Both the position numbers and the translations under genes were made by a program. A DNA stretch of 64,000 nucleotides, taken from NCBI GenBank assembly GCA_018396535.1, contig JAGTQC010000006.1, forward strand, positions 1 to 64,000. Direction: 5' to 3'. The notes beneath the pieces are model-generated. The model saw only the letters and a program-made list of their open reading frames with translations, did no database searches and was not told the origin of the DNA. Each line of letters opens with the position of its first letter. Position 1 is the stretch's first letter. The DNA is from Candidatus Bathyarchaeota archaeon (lineage in GTDB: Archaea > Thermoproteota > CALKCG01 > B24 > DRYS01). This document shows, piece by piece, positions 28,834 to 38,680 of this stretch.

Positions 28834-29901
28834 TTATAGATACCTATATTCTCGAATATAATCAAACCATCTCCTAATAAACGGCCACGCCCCATCCTTA
28901 TAGTATCTATGCCCCCCTTCGCCTATGTAGAGTTCGCATCTATCCGATGCCCCCGCTACCTCGTATATCTTCCTAAGCTTCTCGAATGCTTCTAATACAG
29001 ATTCCAACGGGAAGATCGGATCCCTTCTACCAGCTATAGCTCTGAACGGTCTAGGAGCTATGAGTCCTGCTACCTCATACATTTCTCCAAGCCTTAGTAT
29101 CCCTGGGATATAGTTGCAATCGCAATGCTTTATCCTACCTATACTATCTACGAAAGTGCAGAAGTAGCAGCTTGGGACTGCTATAGATATACGTTCATCA
29201 CATGCAGCTGAGAATAGCGATATAGTTCCACCTCCAGAATTACCTGTTATAGCTATAAGCCTAGAATCTATGTAATCCTGTGTCTGAGCCCAATCTATTA
29301 TACGCGATATATCCCATACGCGTTCGCCTATAGGTGTACGACCGAGTAGTAGACAGTGTTTAAGCTGAGATCTACATGAGCTTACAGCTCCCTCCTCATA
29401 TTCAACCCTATCCATAGTCTCACCGAAACCTCTAGCTGTAGGTGCTATAGCGATATACCCCTCCATAACCGCTTGTACAGCTATATCCCTCTCCCCCTCT
29501 ACGATAGCCCTCCTCTCCTCCTCGCTACGAGCTATCCCTACATATATATCTGGATGATTATGACCGTGAGGTGTCAGAACTAGGGGTAGCGGTCTATCTA
29601 TCCTCTTAGGTTTTAGAAGCCAGAATGGTAGCGGTACGGTTGGCTCAACCCATATATACCATTTCTCACGGATATAGCTATCAAGCTCTGTAGAATCAAC
29701 CCTCACAGCCCTAGATATGTATCCTCCATAATCCTCCTCCATACTATTCAACCCTAGAGTATTCTTCAAAGCATATCTAAATTCTTCCCTCCACTTCTCA
29801 AACTCCTCCTTTGATCTTGCATGAAACTCGAATCTACGATGGATGGATCTATATAGCTCATCCAGATGCTTCCTATAATCGAATACGGGCTGCTCGATCA
29901 A
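28834..29901 (-). CDS. Alpha/beta hydrolase (acetyl esterase / dienelactone hydrolase-like)
   Basis: PHGH, nucleophile elbow GNSGGG, HCDCNYIPG, LIAPRP, GGH. Confidence 0.88.
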   Translation of the reverse strand: MIEQPVFDYRKHLDELYRSIHRRFEFHARSKEEFEKWREEFRYALKNTLGLNSMEEDYGGYISRAVRVDSTELDSYIREKWYIWVEPTVPLPFWLLKPKRIDRPLPLVLTPHGHNHPDIYVGIARSEEERRAIVEGERDIAVQAVMEGYIAIAPTARGFGETMDRVEYEEGAVSSCRSQLKHCLLLGRTPIGERVWDISRIIDWAQTQDYIDSRLIAITGNSGGGTISLFSAACDERISIAVPSCYFCTFVDSIGRIKHCDCNYIPGILRLGEMYEVAGLIAPRPFRAIAGRRDPIFPLESVLEAFEKLRKIYEVAGASDRCELYIGEGGHRYYKDGAWPFIRRWFDYIREYRYL

Positions 29902-30030
29902 ACCCCGGTAGGAATCTGTAGATAGGTTTAAGCCTATAAGGATTCTAGATGTAATCGTCGTTGTATGGGTATACTAGCAGATAGGTATATATAGCTATCC
30001 CATCTATCCTAGCCATTGGGGGGTTAATAT

Positions 30031-30882
30031 TTGAAGATAGGTTTTCTAGCTAGTGGTCAGCTTGGTGGGCTTGAGGAAACTCTTAGATGGGCTAGTAGCA
30101 ATAGCTTCGAAGCAGTCGAGGTTTTAGCCGGTCCTGGAAGCATACTATTAGATCCTGCTAGAATTCTATCTGAAGGTGCTACCAACGTGAAGAGGATAGT
30201 AGAGGATTCGGGTGTTATAATATCTTCTCTCGGATGGTATGTGAACCATATAGATCTAGATGTGGAGAAGCGTAGGAGGAATAACGAGCATCTTATGAGA
30301 ATGATAGAGGTTGCAAACCTACTAGATATACCTGTAGTATCCACCTGGGTTGGACGTATACCAGGCTCTATAGAGGATAATGTTAGAGCTTTCTCAGAAG
30401 TTTTCTCTAAGCTTGTAGATTATGCTGAGAAGCATGATGTGAAGATAGCTATAGAGAACTGTATGGCGAATATAGCTTATAGACCGGATGTATGGGAGGC
30501 TATGTTCGAAGCGGTAGATTCCAAGTATATAGGTTTAGAGTATGATCCATCGCATCTAGTATTCCAGTTCATAGACTATATAGATGCTATCAGAAGCTTT
30601 GGTTCAAAAATATACCATACCCATTGTAAGGATACAGAGATACTGTGGGATAGATTATCCTATGTAGGATATACGGGGGATAGATGGTGGAGGTTTAGGA
30701 TACCAGGTCTAGGTGATATAGATTGGAAGAGTCTGATAACAGCTCTTATGGAGGTAGGCTACGACTACGTATTATGCATAGAGCATGAGGATCCATTCTA
30801 TAGGTATGAGCCTGGTAGGAGGGAGGGGTTTGAGAAAGGCTTAAAGATAGCTTGGAAGAATCTCTCGATATACCTACCATAA
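30031..30882 (+). CDS. Sugar phosphate isomerase/epimerase (TIM barrel)
   Basis: IAIEN, YDPSHL, HTHCKD, PGLGDIDW, IEHED. Confidence 0.92.
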   Translation: MKIGFLASGQLGGLEETLRWASSNSFEAVEVLAGPGSILLDPARILSEGATNVKRIVEDSGVIISSLGWYVNHIDLDVEKRRRNNEHLMRMIEVANLLDIPVVSTWVGRIPGSIEDNVRAFSEVFSKLVDYAEKHDVKIAIENCMANIAYRPDVWEAMFEAVDSKYIGLEYDPSHLVFQFIDYIDAIRSFGSKIYHTHCKDTEILWDRLSYVGYTGDRWWRFRIPGLGDIDWKSLITALMEVGYDYVLCIEHEDPFYRYEPGRREGFEKGLKIAWKNLSIYLP

Positions 30883-30883
30883 T

Positions 30884-31915
30884 CTATTCAAGCTTCAACC
30901 TACTAGGTATGGGAATCCCTACATCTGCGTAAGCCATATCCTCAAACTTTGTAGCCCATACGCCATACTTAGCCGGTACTAGGCACTCCTCCTTACCGAG
31001 TATAGCTCTAACGAAATTTATATCTGGGTTCGAAGCTATCCTAGGAAGCCTACCCCTATCGATTATAGTAGTATCTCCACTCCTATCCTGTACATAGACT
31101 CTACCACCTAATACGAATATAGCTCCCTTAGAGCACCACAGCCTAAACTCCTCATCTACGGAAGCAGTCATACCGGGGGCGGCTCCAGATATAGCTATAG
31201 ATGCTAATACACCTCCAGATAGCTCTGCAGCTATCGCTATGTATAGATCGACATCGGTACCACACCTATCCATTAAGGCTTTAACCCTTACAGGCTCCCT
31301 CTCGGTTATCCATAGGATTAGATCTACGAGATGTGTTCCAGAAGCTTTAAGCTGTCCTCCACCTGATAGTTTAGGATCTAGATACCATCTACCAGCTGCT
31401 ATAAGATTCTGGTATAGCGTAGCTACTATGAAATGTGGATTGCCAAACTTCCCACTTAGAACGGTATTCCTTACATAGGTATACACTGGATCGAAATGTC
31501 TCTGATAACCTATAGCGAGTATAAGCCCCCTCCTGGAAGCTTCAGAAGCCATCTCCTCCGCTTCCCTAAGCGATACAGCCATAGGCTTCTCAACGAGTAC
31601 ATGAAGACCTCTTTTCAAAGACTCCATAACATGCTCGTAATGTAGGGTATGCGGTGTACAGACTATGACAGCATCTAATTCTATAGAATCGAGCATCTCA
31701 CGATAATCCGTGAATATATTCTCCTTAGGTATCGGATCTAGCGTTATATTACGAAATCTATTCGCGTAAATCCTAAGCTTCTCAGCATTCTCCAACTTCA
31801 CATCGCATAGAGCTCTTATACAAGCCTCCCCCTCATCTAGTATACTAAGCCTCCTAATATGCTCGTAGCTTATAGAACCGCATCCGATTAAGCCTAATCT
31901 AAGCATGAGTAGCAC
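30884..31915 (-). CDS. Gfo/Idh/MocA family oxidoreductase
   Basis: GLIGCGSI, TPHTLH, HVLVEKPMA, GYQRHF, SGGG. Confidence 0.93.
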   Translation of the reverse strand: MLLMLRLGLIGCGSISYEHIRRLSILDEGEACIRALCDVKLENAEKLRIYANRFRNITLDPIPKENIFTDYREMLDSIELDAVIVCTPHTLHYEHVMESLKRGLHVLVEKPMAVSLREAEEMASEASRRGLILAIGYQRHFDPVYTYVRNTVLSGKFGNPHFIVATLYQNLIAAGRWYLDPKLSGGGQLKASGTHLVDLILWITEREPVRVKALMDRCGTDVDLYIAIAAELSGGVLASIAISGAAPGMTASVDEEFRLWCSKGAIFVLGGRVYVQDRSGDTTIIDRGRLPRIASNPDINFVRAILGKEECLVPAKYGVWATKFEDMAYADVGIPIPSRLKLE

Positions 31916-32014
31916 CTACCACATAGATCTTGAAGGATGTAATTAAAGTCTCTTTTAGATTTTTGAAATTAAGGTTTATCTATAGGTTTATGCAAGATTG
32001 AATGAAGATTCGCT

Positions 32015-32314
32015 ATGAGTGAAGATAGAGAGTGGCTAATAGGCTTAACGCTTACATGTATAGGCGTATTCCTTCTACTATTCGTATTTTATCTAGGATA
32101 TGGAGAATTCGTTAAATACTCATCTACACCTACACAGCCTATCGATTTCACGAATATAATATCCAGATTGTTCCATGTATCGATAGAGATTATGCTACTC
32201 GCGGTTATGTGCTGGGTAGCATCCATATTATTGGCTAGAGGCTTAGATTTCGTTAGGATAGGTAGATCTGCTAGGAGGGAGATTAGAGAAGGTGAATCCA
32301 CTCAGACTAGCTGA
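32015..32314 (+). CDS. Small membrane protein
   Basis: Two TM helices; first of three overlapping co-oriented ORFs. Confidence 0.7.
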   Translation: MSEDREWLIGLTLTCIGVFLLLFVFYLGYGEFVKYSSTPTQPIDFTNIISRLFHVSIEIMLLAVMCWVASILLARGLDFVRIGRSARREIREGESTQTS

Positions 32315-32744
32315 GCTAGCTTTAATCATAGCGATCTCCGCTCTTATCCTAAGTCTCGCCTACTCGTCATATATTCTCGTAAACTCGTTAGCCAGTATAG
32401 AATCGGTTAAACCTAGTATACGTAACGATTACTACATAGTGTTAGAAGGTTTCAAACTTAGAAACGATGGGCTATATAGCGCTTCCATAACTATATCCAT
32501 AGATATAATACAGGATCGTGTAATATTAGCTAGGTATACAGGAAGTGTTAGATTAAAGCCGGGTGAAGAAATAGGGAACTTAACTCTAAGATTGGAGGAT
32601 AGTACTCCTATACACCCCTATCTCATCGATGGATACGCACAGCTTAGGAAGGCTATGATTAAAACTATATTCAAGATAGTATTAGAACCCTTAATATCTA
32701 TCAAACTAGAGATAAACGAAACTTTAGGGAGGCTTACCCCATGA
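32292..32744 (+). CDS. Membrane-anchored hypothetical protein
   Basis: N-terminal TM followed by a beta-rich domain; overlaps both neighbours. Confidence 0.7.
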   Translation: MNPLRLAELALIIAISALILSLAYSSYILVNSLASIESVKPSIRNDYYIVLEGFKLRNDGLYSASITISIDIIQDRVILARYTGSVRLKPGEEIGNLTLRLEDSTPIHPYLIDGYAQLRKAMIKTIFKIVLEPLISIKLEINETLGRLTP

Positions 32745-33163
32745 ACATGAAGCTTCTATCTAGAGCGATTAAAGCATCATTCTACTCGATCATATTCATC
32801 ATACTAGCTATGCTACCGAATATAGTATTGAATAGACTTATCCCTAGAGAATTATATAGATTAATCCTAGATCATATTGAATACGAGAGTTTTCTAGCAC
32901 CGATAATCGTTATAGCAGTACTTATATGGTTTAGTATAATGCTAGAAGATCATATACTAGGAGTAATCCCACTTATACTATCCTACGCAGTATTCACGTA
33001 TCTAATACTATCAGCTACACATTATGGATTACATATTATATATTATGAAAATCTATCGATAGAAATAGATTTCAAACTTATTCTCTCAGTGATAATCGCA
33101 TCTATGATGCTCACCTTATCTATCAAGATATTGAATAGGCTATCTAAGTTTAAAAATGAATAA
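32741..33163 (+). CDS. Membrane protein, unknown function
   Basis: About 4 TM helices; ATGA overlap with the previous gene. Confidence 0.7.
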   Translation: MNMKLLSRAIKASFYSIIFIILAMLPNIVLNRLIPRELYRLILDHIEYESFLAPIIVIAVLIWFSIMLEDHILGVIPLILSYAVFTYLILSATHYGLHIIYYENLSIEIDFKLILSVIIASMMLTLSIKILNRLSKFKNE

Positions 33164-33407
33164 AAGCAGTCTTCCACCATAAGATGTAGCTTTTTGAATA
33201 ATCCATCATCTTAGACTACTATAGCATCCATGTTTAGATAACTCGACTTAATACTCTCCGTTCTTCAACCTATGTATCGGGTATGTTGCCATAGTGGTTC
33301 AACCAGTTTGTATAGGTGTAAGTGGACTTACGACTGTAGAAGGTATAAACTATACTTACAACTGTTAATTGCATTTATAAGTCTTAGATTATTTCGTCTG
33401 CAGATCG

Positions 33408-34016
33408 ATGAAAGCTATAGGCTATGTAAGAGTATCTACACGTGAACAGGATGAAGAGGTGCAGCTTAAAGCTATAAAGGAATTTCTGGAAACTAAGGGG
33501 TTTGAACTCGTGAAAATCTACGTGGATAAAGGGGAACCCGGAGCTAAACCATTCATAGATAGGCCTTCAGCTTCACAGCTCGTAAAGGAGATAGATATAC
33601 TAAAGCCTGATTTTGTAGTTGCATGGAGCCTTGATAGACTTGGTAGAACAATGCTAGATACAATGAATACTGTTCTAATGTTAGAAGAAAGAAATGTTAA
33701 AGTTTTGACTATCAAAGAGGAATTTTTACAAACTCTTGATCCAAATATAAGGAAGCTTATACTATCCATACTAGCATGGGTAGCTGAGTATGAACGTAGA
33801 CGTATTAGAGAGAGACAGGAAGAGGCATGGAAGCAGGGAAAGATTAAAGGTAGACCTAAAAAGATTAACGATGAGATTATACTTCAATATTATCAAAAAT
33901 ACAGAAGATATGGTAATAAGAAGTATATATGGTTAAGATTATGTGAAGATTATAAACAATCTGTTATAAGCTATGATAGATTTCTAAAAAGACTTAAACA
34001 ACTCCTAAGAAATTAG
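33408..34016 (+). CDS. Serine recombinase (resolvase/invertase family)
   Basis: YVRVSTREQ catalytic Ser motif, SLDRLGR, AEYERRRIRER, GRPKK; sits in an AT-rich island. Confidence 0.93.
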   Translation: MKAIGYVRVSTREQDEEVQLKAIKEFLETKGFELVKIYVDKGEPGAKPFIDRPSASQLVKEIDILKPDFVVAWSLDRLGRTMLDTMNTVLMLEERNVKVLTIKEEFLQTLDPNIRKLILSILAWVAEYERRRIRERQEEAWKQGKIKGRPKKINDEIILQYYQKYRRYGNKKYIWLRLCEDYKQSVISYDRFLKRLKQLLRN

Positions 34017-34234
34017 TAAATGGTGAGAACGTATCGTTACATTATGTATATTTCTCTAAATTTTCATAATATTAAGCTATCTATATTAGCTGATTTAATA
34101 CGAATTAAAATTTCAAATTTAATAAACTGTAATTAATCGTACCGATGTTAAATACAGTAAATAGTATTAAGTTATTTAATAAGCACATAATCAGCTGAAT
34201 AACAAACACTGGAATAAAAGAAGACTCGAAGTGA

Positions 34235-34309
34235 CGGGCCTGCCGGGATTTGAACCCGGGATCTCCGGCTCCGGAGGCCGGTGCTCTATCCATGCTGAGC
34301 TACAGGCCC
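34235..34309 (-). tRNA. tRNA-Arg(CCG)
   Basis: GGGCCTG...CAGGCCC-G; anticodon arm CCGGC-CTCCGGA-GCCGG; T-loop GGTTCAAATCC. Confidence 0.97.
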
Positions 34310-34598
34310 TATAAATAAAGTATTATAGGATTTCAACTACTTATATCTTCTAATCGATACCTATTTCTCATATCTATGAGGTTCAGGGGTTGGTTGGATA
34401 TTTATGTACTGGTTTATTCCATTATTCGATAGTAGGTTACCGTTTTTCATGCATTGCATGGAATAAGGTTTATTTAACCCCCCCGAACTTTTGTAATAGA
34501 GTGGAGGCTGATAAATCCAAAGATGTTTAGGCTTCCAATTGATAGCTACTCGCCAACTGTATGTAGCATCCATACCCTACCCCTAGGGGGTATTAGCT

Positions 34599-35135
34599 AT
34601 GAGGAGGTTAGCGTTCATGGTTACATTGAATACTCTGTGCTCCCTAGGGGTGGGTCTAATCGGGCCGATCTACCCTATCTTCATTCTTAATCGTTTTTCA
34701 GCTTCTATAATAGATGTGGGTCTACTTCTAACGATCTTCGGTTTTGTTTCAGCTTTATTTAAAGCTCCGGCTGGTAAGATGATAGATGTTTATGGTAGAG
34801 AGAAGGTCTTCTTCACCGGAGCTATACTTGGATCGTTATGTTCTGTAGCATATATATTCACTTCAGATATACTACACTTATATATACTAGAATTTCTTTC
34901 AGGTATTTCTTATGCTCTTCAGAATCCTGCACGTTTAACTTTAATCGTAGAATTAACTAGTAAGGAGGATAAGGGTCTTCTCATAGGTATATCGGAATCT
35001 ATATATGATATAGCTGGCTCTATAGCTACATTGATCGCAGTAGCTATGGTTAGTAATCTAGGATTTGAATCTATATTCTTCGTATGCTCTGGATGCCAGA
35101 TTATTACTGGTCTACTTGTAATAAGGTATGGTTAA
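34599..35135 (+). CDS. MFS-like transporter, half length (6 TM)
   Basis: MFS motif A GKMIDVYGRE; only 178 aa. Confidence 0.72.
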   Translation: MRRLAFMVTLNTLCSLGVGLIGPIYPIFILNRFSASIIDVGLLLTIFGFVSALFKAPAGKMIDVYGREKVFFTGAILGSLCSVAYIFTSDILHLYILEFLSGISYALQNPARLTLIVELTSKEDKGLLIGISESIYDIAGSIATLIAVAMVSNLGFESIFFVCSGCQIITGLLVIRYG

Positions 35136-35175
35136 AGTATGTGGGGGTGTAGCTCTAACTTAATGCTTCTACGAA

Positions 35176-36021
35176 TTAAGAAACTCCTTTAAGAAATCTT
35201 TCCAGATTTCTCTTCATGATCTTCTCTATAGAATCTTCTGTAAGACCTAGCTCTTCTTTAAGTATAGCTAGATCGGATAGTATGACTTTCTTAAATCTCT
35301 CTGGATCCTCTGGATTCCCGTTATCTGATCCAAATATTAGTAGATCCGAGCCGAGATATACTATAGCTTTACGTAAAGCTTCGCTGCGCCATAATCTAGG
35401 TGTACCTGGGGTTATATCTATGAACATCTGGGTTTTATCGATGTTATCCCATCCTACGGCTGCTAGAAATCTACCAGCGGTAGCTAGGCACTCATCAACC
35501 CACGGCCATCCTATGTGAGCTAGAGCAAATCTTATCTTAGGGTAGAACATGAGGAACTCGTAGTATACTGGTCTACAAAATCTAGATGAATCTGGAAACC
35601 CCCATGATATACCGCTATGGAATATTATAGGGGCACGGAGGGATTCTATCTTCTCGAATAGAAGTCTGAATCGCTCTTCATATGGGTACCAGCCTGCAGG
35701 TATCATTTTAAATCCTTTCAATTCTAGATCGCATACGACTCTTTCAGCTTCGTAGACAGCCCCCTCCATCCTAGGATCTATAAACGCGAAGCATATAATC
35801 CTATCAGGATCATAGCGTTGTATATCGGAAGCAAATTTAACGCATTCCCTAAACTTCTCTCTAGAAATTATACTTGTATCCATGGTCATGAGTCCTGGAT
35901 GTGGTGAGAATAATACTATCTTCTCTACGTTAGCAGCATCCATAGCCTTGACTATTCTTTCAGCTTTCTCGACTCCCTTAGAGTGTACATGGCAATCTGA
36001 AACCGAGTATACCAGGTACAT
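35176..36021 (-). CDS. Amidohydrolase family protein
   Basis: DCHVH, GFKM, FHSG, LAHIGWPW, FGSD. Confidence 0.9.
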   Translation of the reverse strand: MYLVYSVSDCHVHSKGVEKAERIVKAMDAANVEKIVLFSPHPGLMTMDTSIISREKFRECVKFASDIQRYDPDRIICFAFIDPRMEGAVYEAERVVCDLELKGFKMIPAGWYPYEERFRLLFEKIESLRAPIIFHSGISWGFPDSSRFCRPVYYEFLMFYPKIRFALAHIGWPWVDECLATAGRFLAAVGWDNIDKTQMFIDITPGTPRLWRSEALRKAIVYLGSDLLIFGSDNGNPEDPERFKKVILSDLAILKEELGLTEDSIEKIMKRNLERFLKGVS

Positions 36022-36191
36022 AATATATCAGAAGATAGTCAGCGAATGTTAGATTTAAACATCACAATCATATTGTTATGATACTAAGTTATAGTATGAT
36101 TGGAGTATGGTAGATACCCTATCTTGTAGATTGATGGTTATGTCTGGATAAATACTTTTATCTCGAGAAGATCTATGTTTCAATAGATAGT

Positions 36192-36614
36192 TTGCCACGA
36201 TCCTATACATGGCTTATGAAGGTATTGGAGGATGAGGAACTAGAATTAGTTATAGCTAAGGATAATAATATAATCTACCGTGGTAGAGGTGAAGGTATAA
36301 GGCCTTTGATAGATGCTATAGATACAATCGGGTTAAACGATCTGAGAGGAGCAATCTTAGCTGATAGGGTTGTAGGATTAGCTGCAAGTTATCTAGTTAC
36401 CTATGCAGGATTTTCAGAAGTCCATGGCTTAATCGTTAGTAGATCCGCTGCCAGCTTCCTCGAATCTAGGGGGATAACTCTGTATTGGATGGAGATGGTT
36501 GATGCTATACTCGATCGTAGTAGATCATCTCTATGTCCGTTCGAAAAACTTGCTTTAAAAGCTAGGAGTCCTAGAGAATTCTATCTTACTTTGAGAAAAC
36601 AGAGTATACGGTAG
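36192..36614 (+). CDS. DUF1893 family protein
   Basis: GIRPL, ADRVVGLAA, I.DR....CPFEK. Confidence 0.85.
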   Translation: MPRSYTWLMKVLEDEELELVIAKDNNIIYRGRGEGIRPLIDAIDTIGLNDLRGAILADRVVGLAASYLVTYAGFSEVHGLIVSRSAASFLESRGITLYWMEMVDAILDRSRSSLCPFEKLALKARSPREFYLTLRKQSIR

Positions 36615-36892
36615 TCATGCTAGGTAGGTTTGTATTATCAGAAGTAGTATTGCTAAAGACTAATATAAGCTGAGGAAGCGGTATTATAGAATGATGTTTA
36701 ATCCTCCCTATTCTTACTACGATTAGTATATGCTACTCTATCTATTAATACAGCTAGCAGAGCTGAAGCTAATATTAATCCTACAATTATCTTATCAGTA
36801 TCGGCTCTACATATTATCCATATGCTCTTATCTATCTATCGATAATTCATCTTTGAAATATAGATTTAGCAAAGAGGTGACGATAATATATT

Positions 36893-38680
36893 TTATGTAT
36901 TAGTTAAATTTAGCTTTCTAAGATTCTCTACAAGTATATCTTCGTTATTGTATGCTTTTATGAATGATGGTACATTCCTCTGCTTCGTAGCTTTAAAGGA
37001 TACGAATAGCCATTCCCCAGTATCCAGTTCTGTAACTTTATCTAGGAGTTCGTAGCTGAGTGAGAATGCATCTGCTACAACCATACGATCGTAATACCTT
37101 GGTAGAGTGCTTACGAAGTAGCTGTGTAGTTGTTGCAACGCGTTTACATTCATATGAGCTAGCCTCTGGGATGCTATCCAACCGTAGACTCTATATTTTC
37201 GACCCTGCCTAAGTAGGGCTTCTACACTTCTATTAGAATCCATTGTTCCATCTTCTTTACTAGCTCTATCAGGTATATATTCTTGAGCTTCATCTAATAC
37301 TACCAACACCTTACGCTTAACACCTACGGTTTTCTTAATCGTTAATAGGTGATCGAGAAATGATGTTACAGTACGCCTAGCTGATAGGGGATCTGGTATA
37401 TAAACTACGGATATTTTGAAATTAGGCTTCAAAGCTTCTTCTACTAGGATTTGAGGTGTGAGTACCTCATACTCTTCTTCTTTAGGACTTCTAAGTTCTC
37501 CTAATATGAATTCGACCATGGTCCTTACACCTGATTTTTCATGTACACTACGCGCGAGTTCTATAAGCGTATGCTCTACAAAGGCTTTAACTTCGGGATC
37601 TAGATCCGTTATCCTATACTCCTTTAGATCTGCTTCTGTAAACTTCTTAATTTTAAGCAGGAAATCGCTAAGCTTTTTTAAAGCATACCTTACTTGTAGG
37701 CTACTAGTCTCTGTCTTAGATGCTCTCTCTTCTAGATACTCGAATAGATCGTGTAGAGTTACACCCTTATACTCCATATAACTTGAAGTTTGTATATGTA
37801 GGATTCTACCAGATTCTATCATCAATCTTAAGCCATTCTCTAAAGGCTTATAGCCTATCCTCTCTTCTAGAGATTCTGGTATAGCTTGGGAATCTAGTAT
37901 GGATTGGTAAGATTCATAGCGTTCGCTAGACACTATATACCCTCTAGAGGTTATCAGAGTATCGAGTAGATGTATAGCATATTCTCCAGCTATATCGAAT
38001 ACTACTACAGATAGATCTGGTATATACTCTATAGCCTTACGTATTATCAGCGATGTAAGATTAGATTTGCCGCATCCTGTGAAGCCGAATACTCCTGTAT
38101 GATACTTTATCAGCGATTCTATATTTATGGTTAATGGTATATCGAAACCTATAAGCCTACCTATATCAGCTCCACCCTCCACGCATAATAGGTATCTTAG
38201 AGCATAGGCTGAGAGAAGTTTAGCTTCAAACCCTGGTAGAGGTGTTAGATTGGAGCGTCGGAATACAGGTATACCATCATGTATATCCATACGGTAGCCT
38301 GTGAATACTGCTTCTACATCTATCCATGTTTCATCACTACCCCACCCCTCCTTTACACGATCTAGGAACTCCTGTCTTACAAGTATTGGTAGAGATACCT
38401 CCATACCGAGCATCTGGTAATGCTCTGCCTTCAACGCTGTAGCTTCGTATATAAGATAGGTTTTACCATCAGATACAGGTCTCTCGATAGCTAGGAAGCA
38501 TGGTTCATGTAGCTTATCCAACACAAGCTGGTTGAACTTTACGTCGAGCCTTACTAGATGGCTTTTAATCGATACCTCAGATCCACCTATCCTAGATGTC
38601 CTTGTAACTAGACGGTATTCTCTGAGTCTAGCTTGAAAGAATCCTCCTACATCATCGAATACCCTAATCTGCTCTCCCAC
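36893..38680 (-). CDS. herA: HerA-like ATPase/helicase (DUF87)
   Basis: HTGVFGFTGCGKS Walker A, FDIAGEY, VLDEAQ Walker B, RQGRKY, SQR; likely GTG start at 38680. Confidence 0.85.
   Translation of the reverse strand: MGEQIRVFDDVGGFFQARLREYRLVTRTSRIGGSEVSIKSHLVRLDVKFNQLVLDKLHEPCFLAIERPVSDGKTYLIYEATALKAEHYQMLGMEVSLPILVRQEFLDRVKEGWGSDETWIDVEAVFTGYRMDIHDGIPVFRRSNLTPLPGFEAKLLSAYALRYLLCVEGGADIGRLIGFDIPLTINIESLIKYHTGVFGFTGCGKSNLTSLIIRKAIEYIPDLSVVVFDIAGEYAIHLLDTLITSRGYIVSSERYESYQSILDSQAIPESLEERIGYKPLENGLRLMIESGRILHIQTSSYMEYKGVTLHDLFEYLEERASKTETSSLQVRYALKKLSDFLLKIKKFTEADLKEYRITDLDPEVKAFVEHTLIELARSVHEKSGVRTMVEFILGELRSPKEEEYEVLTPQILVEEALKPNFKISVVYIPDPLSARRTVTSFLDHLLTIKKTVGVKRKVLVVLDEAQEYIPDRASKEDGTMDSNRSVEALLRQGRKYRVYGWIASQRLAHMNVNALQQLHSYFVSTLPRYYDRMVVADAFSLSYELLDKVTELDTGEWLFVSFKATKQRNVPSFIKAYNNEDILVENLRKLNLTNT

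Noticed and set aside
33170-34234. IS607-family element or att-flanked provirus around the serine recombinase
   Set aside because: No tnpB, no N-terminal MerR-like HTH typical of IS607 TnpA, and I could not find a duplicated tRNA 3' end or terminal repeats by eye.
36698-36850. Minus-strand frame IDKSIWIICRADTDKIIVGLILASALLAVLIDRVAYTNRSKNRED resembling a C-terminal membrane anchor
   Set aside because: No usable start (ATG followed by TAG four codons later), too short, and no recognisable family; at most a remnant.
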